Assembly: GCA_002189035.1 (NCBI GenBank)
Contig: CM007989.1
Span: 1,674,001 to 1,738,000, forward strand
Length of the DNA: 64,000 bases
Source: Utricularia gibba
Taxonomy: Eukaryota > Plantae > Magnoliophyta
Direction: 5' to 3'
Shown: positions 28,746 through 39,736 of the stretch, piece by piece
How positions within the stretch are numbered: the first letter of the stretch is position 1
How the letters are laid out: each line of letters starts with the position of its first letter
The notes under the pieces: generated by a model
The model's input: the letters and a program-made list of their open reading frames with translations, nothing else
Told to the model about the DNA's origin: nothing
The model's database searches: none
Program-made: the position numbers and the translations under genes

Positions 28746-28889
28746 TGTTACCCACATCGGGTTCTCAGGGGGGTTGTTCGAAGCAGTCCTATAAAAAAAC
28801 GTAGGACAAGAAGTAGGTAAAGATTCAATCAGCTCAATGGGTTGGATTATGATGATGTTTAGGGCGCAGGGTTCGGGGGTCTCCTTACA
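28746..28889 (+). mobile_element. Possible solo-LTR/TRIM-like remnant carrying a USE-like box and TATA
   Basis: Begins TGTTACCCACATCGG, has CTATAAA at 28789-28795 and ends TTACA. No clean target-site duplication. Confidence 0.3.
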
Positions 28890-29287
28890 GAGGGTCGGTT
28901 TGGGGATGCTTTGGGGTTGGTTCTAATATGCGACCACTTCCTATTTAATTAAAAAAGACAAACACGGATCCAATGATTGCCTTTGGAAGGTTACTTAAAA
29001 ACAAATCAAGAAAGATGCCGCTTCGATTAGATGGATGACTTGTAAGGTTCTGAGGAAGCTGGAGTGCTTGTTTGTTCGGACTCTCAGACTTGTTCTTACA
29101 CTTAAAAACTACCCTATTTCAATAGGGTATCAGAATGATTCTACTTGTCCTGCTCCTGATTGTCTTGTTGATTGAGGTTTTTAGGGGAGGTGCTTAGTTT
29201 ATAGATGTGTGGGGTGGGATCACTGTCTGGATCTGGGATTCCGAGGAATGGTATTGGGGTATGGTTTTCTTAGCCTTTTGGTGCTGC

Positions 29288-29294
29288 TATAAAT
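29288..29294 (+). promoter_or_regulatory. TATA box of the secreted-peptide gene
   Basis: cTATAAAT followed by a CT/CA-rich leader, 135 bp upstream of the ATG at 29423. Confidence 0.6.
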
Positions 29295-29422
29295 GGGGAT
29301 GGGTTGCTCCTCTTCTTCTCATCTCCTCCAGAGTCACACACACACACACGCATACACGTACATGCTCTCTCTCTCCCACAAGGAAGGACAAGGCTCCCTC
29401 TCTCTCTTCTTGTGCTCAATCA

Positions 29423-29835
29423 ATGAAGCTCCCAGCCTCAAGCATCACCATCATCTTCCTCCTCTTTCTTCTCTCCACTCTCCCGCAGTTTTCTCAAGGT
29501 TAGTTGCGCTTTACCCTCCATCTCCTTGTTGCATTACCAAGCTTTTGGAAAAAAAAAAAGAAAGGGGGAATCTGATCTAAGTTGAGGATAAGGAAAACCA
29601 GGCATCTCTTACTCTATCTTCATCAAACCCAGTAACGGTACCCACACTGTGTTTCTCTGCAGGGAGAGTGCGGATGAGGCACAAGGCCACGGAGGTTTAC
29701 GAGATCGACTACCGCGGCCCGGAAACACACACACAGCTTCCGCCGCCGGATCGGGCTCAGAACCGGGACCGGTTCGTGCATCGTCGTAGCCGTACCACCG
29801 TCCACAAACCCGCAAAACTACCTGGGAAAGCCTAG
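29423..29835 (+). CDS. Small secreted peptide precursor (82 aa) with EIDYRGPETH motif
   Basis: Exons 29423-29498 and 29663-29835 (phase 1) give MKLPASSITIIFLLFLLSTLPQFSQG RVRMRHKATEVYEIDYRGPETHTQLPPPDRAQ...GKA*, with a hydrophobic signal peptide. Confidence 0.8.
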
Positions 29836-30927
29836 GAGAAGAGCAAACCCAATGCATCTTATCTGCGTTGCTGTGAATGAATGATGTGTAGTTTCTTTTC
29901 GTACGAGGGCGGGTGTGTTGTATTTCTTTATTGCGCCTATCCACTTCACGGCGCCCCTTATCCCAATATAAAACCCTTAAAATAATTCTTCTCATCTCTT
30001 CCCCGGTGGCGCAGTGAGAGCTCCAGCTCGAAGCCGGTCGCTGCACGCCTCCTTCAAGAACCTGTTTTGCCGGCTTTAATTCGCACACGAGAACCATCCT
30101 TAGACGCCACAACCGGGTCCGACCCACATCCGCCCCGATCGAGCTAGACGGAGCTCCGCCTTCATCCCACGGCATCTATGGTTAGTGAGTGTTGTTATTA
30201 ATTTTCGATTTTAAATTTTCAAAAAATGCTAATTTCTTCGCTTTAACAATCAAAATTGAACACGAATTTTAAATCAAAAAATTAAATGTGTGCTCGAACC
30301 AAATTCCTATATTATAAAAATCGTAGTTCAATCATGAATCGTTTATTAGAACGATTAAATTAAGTTTGCATTATTTTAAAATCAATATTTAATCAATATT
30401 CGATCCTCATTTAATAATAATGTAATTTTTTTATAAGAAAAACATTAATTTTTTATAAACAAATAATTCAATTATGATTTGAAGTATGATTAGACTTTTC
30501 ATGAATCATTTATGCAAACGATTTAAGATTTTTTTGATGATTTAAAATATTATTAAATTCTATTTAGTTTTTTCTCACACATTAATGAATGTTGTTTAAA
30601 AAAATAAAATCTATAATTTTATTTTACTAAAAATACATATCGAATTTATAATAATTTTAAAAGAGTAGAATGATCCTAAAATCAGCATTTTCTATCGGTA
30701 CCGGCACCGAAATCGAGATTTCCATAACTAGAATTTTAAACTACCCTGATAATGGAATTTTATTTTTCCGCAAATGGAAATAGTGGTGCGGAAAATGATT
30801 ATTTTTATTATGTAAAAGCTGTTTTACACGCGCTGAACTTCTGTCGGTGACCCCCTACTGGACAATATTTGAGATTCACACTAGGACGAAAAGTTACCAA
30901 CAACAAAATCTGATTTTGGGGACCTGC

Positions 30928-30947
30928 GGGGGGGGGGGGGGGGGGGG
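30928..30947 (+). repeat. G20 homopolymer 15 nt upstream of the CNR8 ATG
   Basis: 20 consecutive G. Confidence 0.9.
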
Positions 30948-30962
30948 TTTGCTTCTTCCAAA

Positions 30963-32193
30963 ATGGCGAATTACGAACCCTTGCCACGCCAAGAATCTGA
31001 AGCTGAAGCCACCGCTGTCAAATTCCCGGGGCCCCCACCTTGTGAGGCGGTGCCGATGGGCTGGACGGCGCAGGGGATGCCGGTGGGTGATCCCGCAAAT
31101 CTGAGATCCCCGTGGGAAACCGGAATCTTCTCCTGTTTTGGGAAAAGCGATGAGTTTTACAGCAGCGATGTTGAAGTTTGTAAGATTTTCGGTCGCTTGA
31201 CTTTTGATTTAGTTGTGGATCTGGAATGAGGACAACGGATTATGTTCTTTACGATTAGAACGCGGGTTTTTATTGCGATTGATCGGAAAATACGTATGCG
31301 CACACAATCTTAAATATGATTTCTGGGTTTGATTCTGTTCCGAGTGCTAAGCAATATTCCGAAAATATGATTCATTAATAAATGCTGCTTTAGGTTTTTT
31401 GTTCTTGAAAAGCAGATTAAGTAGATGAATTCTTTTTCGAAGCGACACCTTTTTTGCAAATTTTGAAGATGGGGATTGATATGGCTGTTGGGTTGAAAAA
31501 ATGTCTACTTTGGCCAATTAGAGATTTTAAGAGCTTGTCATTGTTCTTAAATATGGTTTTTAGAGATTCGAAGAGGGCTTGGAAGTTGGAACGATGACAG
31601 ATTACTAATGATGAGAAATCTGTAACCTTATCCTCTGCTTTATTTGTGTACACCAGGTTTACTTGGAAGCATTGCGCCTTGCGTCCTCCATGGAACCAAT
31701 TCGGAGAGACTTGGAGGTGTCCCAGGCACTTTCACCGGCCACTGCCTGCCCTACACCGGCCTTTACATGGTTGGAAACTGTGTATTCGGCTGGAATTGCC
31801 TCGCCCCTTGGTACTCCTGCTCCAACCGCACAGCCATTCGTCATCAGTTCAACTTGGAGGTTTGTCTCCTTTCTTGATCAAATGCAATCCACCAAGTTGC
31901 TGCTAACTCGGTTGGGGCGTTAACATCAGGGTAGCTGTGAGAGGATAGCGAGATTGAGTGTGTTCCCCGGAAGCTACCTAACAGATGAAGAGCAACTTGA
32001 GCGATGCGAAAGCATCTGCGATTTGGGAACTCATGTGTTGTGCCACCCTTGCGCCCTCTGCCAGGAAGCTCGCGAGGTTCGACGCAGGGTTCCGCATCCT
32101 GCGATGTCGCTTCAGCCTGTTGGTCTCATGATGCCTCCTCCAGGACAGAGCATGGACCATCATCCCTCCTCGCCCTGCAAGAACATGCTCTGA
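30963..32193 (+). CDS. CNR8: PLAC8-family cell number regulator 8-like, 3 exons
   Basis: PWETGIFSCFGKSDEFYSSDVEVC, RTAIRHQFNLE|GSCE, HVLCHPCALCQEAREVRRR. Confidence 0.88.
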
Positions 32194-32852
32194 GATCGGA
32201 GTTTGTGTGTGTCAATGCGAGCTCTGTTGCTTGTGTGCTGTTCTTACATAGATGCTTTGATCTATTATTACAGAGATCCTGATAAGATATGTTGATGTGT
32301 ATTATATGGTGGATAATTATTATGTATTAGATAAATAATTTGTAATTATATTTTAAATATAGTTTTTTAACTACAATATACTTTAAATAATAGGATGATA
32401 TTTTTTGAAATAAAAAAAGAATAATTTGTGTTTCGCTATAAGTCATTATTATTTAATTAAATTCTCAAGAAATTATATGTGTAATATATTATTATATTTA
32501 TTTAACAAGACATTTTTTTTCCCCAAATGGTAAGGAGGGATGGGGTTTGGCTTTCGAATTTAGGTCAAAATTGACACCTCTTCGCTCGAGTACATTTTGT
32601 TGATATAAAAAATGTATGACAGGTGGCACGTTCTCATTGGGCGCTTGGACAACACGAAGGGACACGCGGCGGAAAGTCATACGTGAATAAAACGTGGAAT
32701 AGGGTGGCGATTCCTGGGGTTTTTCCCTCGCTGAATTCTGGCAATTAACAAATGAACAAAACAAATCCTTGACGCCATTTCGATTGCAGCATTTTGTGAG
32801 AATCTATTTTCCTTTGCGCAATTCGCATGTACGAATTTCGAACTTATTTGCG

Positions 32853-35652
32853 ATGGAAACCGGAATTAAGCTATATTGGGGTTTTGATTTGATGGCTTGG
32901 AGAGGGATTTTGTGGAGTGCGTTGATCCTAAATTTTGTGATTTGCTGTCACTTCCTCCTCCTTCAGCCAATCGTCGCTGCTGCAGGTAATAGTATTTTGA
33001 TAATTATGTGTCGATTGGATTGATGTTTTTCTTTTTTGGAGTTGATATTGCATTTCTAGGAGCAGTTCTATCCGGTTTTCAGCTGGATTAGTGTTGCCAT
33101 TACATGAAATGCAATTTTTTTTTGCATTAAATTTACGGGTTTAATTGGGGTTGGACTTATTTCCCTTGGGCTGTGGTAAACACTTGTGATGTTAATTATA
33201 TTAGAGTACCGTTCTCTGCTCATTGATTTTGCACATAATGGAATTCCAAGATGCAAACTTTATGGGAATAAGTTGTCCTGTTAATGCATTTTCGTCAATG
33301 AGTTGCTTATGCTTTTTCTCGTTATTCTGATTGCAGATGGAAAGCCTGATGCTGCTGCTGCCCTTGTCAACCGAGTTTTGCAGAACGTTAAAATGAAGAA
33401 GTATAGTGAGGCACTAGATGAGCTTAACGCTGCTATACAAGCAGATCCTGCACTTTCAGAAGCATATTTTCATAGAGCATCTGTCCTTCGTGACGTGTGC
33501 AGGTCTGATGAGTCAAGATTCTCATTACATTTTGTGATTATCCATGCAAATATGGACATTTTTGCCACATATTTTGGATTCTACCATTTGTGCGTTCTGT
33601 ATCATATTGTTGGATAATTTTGCTTCAATTTTCTGGCTATTTCAGATTCACCGAATCTGAGGAAAGCTACAAAAAATTCTTGGAGATGAAACCTGGGAAT
33701 TCAGTGGCAGAAAAGGAGCTATCCCAGCTGCATCAAGCTCAGAAGGCCTTAGATTCAGCTAGCGACCTCTTTGATTCTGGAGAGTTCAATAGGGCACTGG
33801 AATATATTGAGAAAGTTGTGCTTGTTTTCTCTCCAGCATGTAGTAAGGTCTTTTTAAGGAATCTACCATGGGTTATTAAGCAAAAATCTCCTCATTGCCC
33901 TAACCAAAAGGAATTTATCATTCTGAGTGCCAATTTCGAGCATCAAATACCATGTATTTTGAAGATTAGGATGCGTGGCATATCTATGGTTTGGCTTATA
34001 TTCGTTCTTCTGCAGGCCAAACTTCTGAAAGTGAGATTGCTGATTGGAACTAAGGACTACGCAACTGCCATATCAAACACTGGCTACATGCTTAAAGATG
34101 ATGAAGATAATTTAGATGCTTTGCTCTTACGAGGCCGTGCCTACTATTATTTGGAAGATCATGATGTTGCCATTAGGTGGGTTCGTTGTATAGAAATTAA
34201 CATAAGACTTATTAAAAAAATTTTGTTGTGGTATAATTACAATTCTCATTAATAATTATACAGTGATTACATTATCAGTTGTTTAGATGCTTGTCTCGAT
34301 CACTTTCTAATTTTATTCTCCAGGCATTACCAAAAGGGTCTTCGACTAGATCCAGAGCATAGTGAATTGAAGAAAGCTTATTTTGGTTTGAAAAACCTCC
34401 TGAAGAAGACTAAAAGTGTGAGTTGTTACTCTGATCCTTGCTCAAACACAACTTGTTGCATTATCATAAAATCGTTACCTTGCGTAGGCAGAAGATAATG
34501 CAAGCAAAGGTAAACTTCGTCTGGCAGTAGAAGATTACAAAGCAGCTCTAGCGTTAGATCCAGACCATTCTGCACATAATGTGCACCTTCATCTTGGATT
34601 ATGCAAGGTGTTAGTGAAACTTGGTAGAGCCAAGGACGCTTTGACAAGCTGTACAGAAGTACTTGAAATCGATGGAGATAATGTTGAAGCTCTAGTTCAG
34701 GCATGTTCCTTTGTTTTTTTTTAATTACCAAGGCATCTTTCTGTGCTTATCAGAAAGTACCAATCTTGAACCCTTATGTTTCTTTTGCTAGTAACCATAT
34801 GTTATATATTCTTGTTCACTTATCTTCTAGAGGGGTGAATCGAAGCTTTTAATAGAAGACTGGGAAGGAGCTGTGGCTGATCTGAAATCAGCTGCTGAAA
34901 AATCACCCCAGGTTTGTCGTATATGCTGGACATATATGCAAGCTTTCAAGATTAAGTGCATTGGATTACTTGTACTGAACTTAATGGAGAAAGTAAAATA
35001 TGTGATGCAATCTGAGGCAAAATCAAACCTATCCCCTCCCCCTAAAAAAAAACATGCACATTGTTCTTGTCATGTTGGACGAAAATGTTTTCTTATCCTC
35101 TGGCTCATGGCACACCTACTAATGTTGAGTTACGTATTGTTTTTAAAATCTAAGCAAGTTAGTTGGTTTCACAGGATATGAGCATCCGGCAAAGTCTACT
35201 GAAGGCTGAAAAATCTCTGAAACTGAGCCAGCGGAAGGACTGGTACAAGATCTTGGGGGTTCCAAAAACTGCACCAGTTTCAGAGATCAAGAAAGCTTAT
35301 AAGAAGCTAGCATTGCAGTGGCACCCGGATAAGAACACAGACAACAGAGAAGAAGCTGAAGCCAAATTCCGAGAAATAGCAGCTGCATACGAGGTTGGTA
35401 TCTTCCTGCTTCAGCCTGTGCCAGCGTGCAACATTGCAATACTGAATCTTAATACATCCTGTGTAGGTTTTGGGTGATGATGAGAAGCGTGCTCGATACG
35501 ACAGCGGCGAAGACGTGGAGGGTAACGGAATGGGTGGTGGAGGATTCAATCCCTTCGAAGGAGGGTTCCATGGAGGCCAACAGTTCACCTTTCATTTTGA
35601 AGGCGGAGGAGGAGGCTTTCCTGGTGGCGGTTTTGGAGGTTTTCATTTCTGA
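32853..35652 (+). CDS. P58IPK: DnaJ protein P58IPK homolog (signal sequence, TPRs, J domain)
   Basis: TPR exons, DWYKILGV...[16 protein letters not shown], Gly/Phe-rich tail. GC-AG intron at 34701-34830. Confidence 0.95.
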
Positions 35653-36288
35653 AACTCTCAAATCCACGAACAGTGGCACGTTCCTTAAGATTATTTCTAA
35701 TGTTAAGGATAGATTTTCTCAAGAAATATAACCAGAGAGATGCATGCCTACACGGTTGGTTGGTCATTTCATGAGGGGTCTTTGCCCTTTTGGATTAGTA
35801 TCCCTAATCTTCATTTTAGTTAGAATTTTAAATTTCATATTGTTCAATAAAAATAAAAATTAATTTTTTTTCGTTTATTTTAACTATATTTATAAAACGT
35901 AATACCATTTTAAACATATATTTATATAATCAATACAATAAATATAAATGTATAATTAATTAAATTAGCCAATTATTTGCATATTTGAGCGCGCGTCACT
36001 CCAACTGTTTGCTGCAACCAACCAACATCCTCCGTGATTTTACCAATCCTTCATGTTGTTTTTTTTTTAATTTATGTGAATTTTCTTTTTTGTCTTTATT
36101 TTAATATTTTGGGTTTCGGGAAATTAAAGTTAGGGTTTTTGGACACTGGGTGCGAATTTGTTCGCTCGCGGTTCTGATATACTGCTCCGTATAAATTGAA
36201 ATGATCTTGAATATGGTGGGATCGTGAGCTGCCTGTAGATTTTCATCCTCAGTCCAGTCCATTCTCTGGAGCTTGAAGAACTGAAGTG

Positions 36289-39200
36289 ATGGCGGATGCA
36301 GTATCCATTCCTAACAAAAGAAGTCCCTTGAAAGCCTCTGGCGGTATGTCGCTCTCTTTCTCCGCATGGCATCTGAATTAGCCCTCGATTTGTTCTTCTC
36401 TTGCGTTATTAAGGGGGTCAAAAAAACCATTCATGACCGATATTGGAAACTTATTTGAGGAAAAACTTCCATATGTTACCTGGTCTGCTGTTCAATTTCA
36501 CTTCATTCGCTAGTATTACCTGGCCTGCTGTTCGATTTTCTTGAATAATGAAATTCGCTAGTGGTTGTTTCAGTTGGAACCGCCGCTGCGCGGAGGAGAA
36601 AGGAGATGGCGGTAATGGTGGGTAAGGAAAGAAGAGAAGCATTTATGCGGTCTAAGCGTTTATGCAGAGTGGGAGTAGGCAACGAAGAGAAAGAAGTTTC
36701 AGGTGATGGTGATGACGATATTGTAATGGATGAAGAACTAAATGTCCTGGAAGAACAAGCCGCTGAAGCAGTGGAAGCATTAAAGTGTGCAGTTTCCTAT
36801 CAGTATGTCAACCAATATGTCTTTATTTTATCTTTTTTATATATTTATGCTGAAAAGTTTCATCAGTTATTTCTTCAAGTTAAGGAACCAAAAATCTTTA
36901 ATGTTTCTCATATCAGTTGTGTTGGATATTAAAATTTTCAAGAAAACTGAGAAGGTTTGTAGGATTGGGGTGCAAGACAAGGCCTATCTATGCTATATAT
37001 AAGCGGACCCCTTAAATGTTGCGAAGAATAATTTCTGGCTATCATTTATTCTTTCAGGGGTAAAGGTGTATTGCTCAAAAAGGTCAATGCTCTTCGTGAT
37101 TTGAGGCGCATTTTATCAAAGTCGGAATATCCTCCTGTAGAAGCTGTCCTTAATAATGAGGGGGTGCCTGCTCTTGTTCAGTGCCTCTCGTTTGGTTCTC
37201 CTGATGAACAGGTTTGATGAATTTCTGCGGCTGCTAACTTTTCTCAGGTAAATGTCTAATTCACTTTTGAGGGATAGTTTCATATTACTTTGTTTAGTTG
37301 CTGGAGGCCGCGTGGTGCTTGACAAATATTGCAGCTGGGAAGCTTGATGATGTGAAGGCATTGTTGCCTGCGTTGCCATTACTTATTGCTCATGTTGGAG
37401 GTTGGTAGTTTCTGCATGTCGTGCCATCAGCTTGATTTTTTATTTTCTTTGCATGGCATCTTCAGTGGTTTCCTGGATATATCTACAAGGAATGTATATG
37501 GTTTAATCTATTCTTTACAGAAAAAAGTTCGCCACCTGTTGCTGAGCAGTGTGCCTGGGCTTTGGGAAATATTGCTGCTGAAGGGCAGGATGTGAGGAGC
37601 ATAATGTTATTACAAGGGGCTTTGCCACCTCTTTCAAAGTTGATTCTTTCAAGCAAAGGTTCAACTGTGAGAACAGCAGCTTGGGCACTCTCGAATTTGC
37701 TCAAGGTTTCATGAACTTGAATTTAGTATTATTTATTTGGTTGACTTCAAGTGAAAATTGTTCCGTGCAATATTTGGTGATCTCATAACATCTATACTTT
37801 TACTTTGGTTTCATATGTATCATTTATAAATTCTTAAAGATGTAGCAATTGGTAAAATATCCAGTTTCTTTGACACCCTTGTGTGGATTAGGCATTTTTT
37901 TATTTGATCTGCTCGCCTACTTCGTTTGATATATGTAAACTAAGTCGTGTGGATTTAGGGGCCAGATCCAACTGCTGCTACAAAACTAATAAAGTTTGAT
38001 GGAGTTCTTGATGCAATTCTTCGACACTTGACAAAAGGGTGAGTGCAGAATATCAAGTATTAAAAAATCTGAGAAATATTTCACGTCTTCTTTTCTCCTC
38101 CATTACATTTTCCCTATCAACTGATACTATATTGTTGCCCTATTTGCTTGCAATGGCTACTCTTGTCATCAGGGATGACGAATTGGTGACTGAGGTGGCA
38201 TGGGTGGTCGTTTATCTCACTGCGTTATCTAATTTTGCTACTAGCATTCTCACAAGAAGCAATTTACCAAGTATACTCGTGGAGAGGCTGGCATCATCCA
38301 ACTGCATTCCTCTTCTTATTCCGGTAATATATGTACTTACAGTTCTGGAAGGTTAATGCAATATATATATTCCATCTGACATGGGCACAATAATGTCTTT
38401 ATTCTGGAAGGTTGTTGGAAATCTATTCATTCCACCCCTTGTTGCGGATAAATGACCCCCCTGTGAATGTTTTCAGATGCTAAGGAGCTTAGGCAATCTC
38501 TTAGCTGCAGATTCTTATTTGATAAACGATGTCCTTGTCCCTGGCCGTGAAATTGCAGGTAAATGATTCAAATTACTTTTCCTGCATGGTCAAGCTTTTG
38601 TTAACATCAGAACTTTTTGCAGCAAACATGATCGAGGCAATAACCAAATGTTTACAATCAGAAAACCGTGCTCTTCAAAAGGTCTGATAGGTTTCAAGAA
38701 TGCATTGCTTCTGATTCAAATAATCTATTCCCAGGTTTGACACTTATCCATAATTCCTTTCTCAGGAATCAGCATGGGTGCTTTCCAATCTAGCCGCCGG
38801 TTCAATCGACCACAAACGGCTAATACTACATTCAAGTGAAGTGATGGCATCACTGGTTCACCTCTTTTCAGCTGCAGCATTTGATGTGCGAAAGGAAGCA
38901 GGTTATGTTCTCGGCAATCTCTGTGTAGTGACAGATAAAGGGGGTGAAACCAGTGTGGTAACTGAGCACTTGATCTTCATCGTTGGTCGAGGATGCATTG
39001 CCGGTTTTGTAGCACTGGTAAGATCACCAGACACAGAAGCCGCGATGATGGGCCTGCAGTTCCTGGAGCTGGTAACTAAACCTCATGTCTTTCAATCTCC
39101 CAACAGCTTAATGTTGTGTATGAAGAAGTAGCATTCCCTGCTGTGCAACAGGTTCTGAGAGGAATGCCGAACAGCGAGGGATCTGGGCTCGTGGAGGCGG

Positions 39201-39316
39201 CTGACGGCATTGATGCAATGGAACGGTTTCAGTTCCATGAAAATGATCATCTCCGAAACATGGCCAACATGTTAGTAGACAAGTACTTTGGAGTCGATTA
39301 TGGGTTTGATTCTTAG
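36289..39316 (+). CDS. IMPA9: Importin subunit alpha-9-like (ARM repeats)
   Basis: RRRKEMAVMVGKERRE, VQCLSFGSPDEQLLEAAWCLTNIAAG, VAEQCAWALGNIA, MERFQFHENDHLRNMANMLVDKYFG. Confidence 0.92.
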
Positions 39317-39736
39317 ATTAAAAAAAAACTATATATCATGGCTGTTTTCTGCAACCCATGATTTGAAATATAAGTTTCTCAGTTCATTATATTTTATTTA
39401 AGAGGATTATCTAAAATTTGAATTCTATAATCTTATTCTTACAAGTTTCAAGTGTGTAGTCGCAATTCAGACAAGGGACTGTAGAAGGACTTGTATTTTT
39501 AAACTGATCGATTTATAGCTATTTTTAGGGTTATTAAAATATAATATTTTTGAAATGAAAAATGATTTTTTATGTTTTTGGGAAAAAAAAGTTTTAATGT
39601 TAAGCACTCGGACCCGGGTCAATATAAAACCCTCGTTTTTTTTTTGGAAATAATATGAAGTGAAGCTTCGATCGAAGAAACAACAGAACGATAGGCGGAG
39701 CGGTCGAAGGGTTCGACGGCGGTGGACGTAGGTTGC

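Noticed and set aside
29600-29662. Possible 36-nt middle exon in the peptide gene
   Set aside because: The following intron would be only 25 nt, below the workable minimum.
30001-30035. tRNA/SINE-like A-box (GGTGGCGCAGT) and B-box-like GCTCGAAGCC
   Set aside because: Boxes are too close together, no cloverleaf, no poly-A/T tail or TSD.
32620-32700. ER-stress elements upstream of P58IPK
   Set aside because: CCAAT- and ACGT-containing words are present, but no canonical ERSE, ERSE-II or UPRE spacing.
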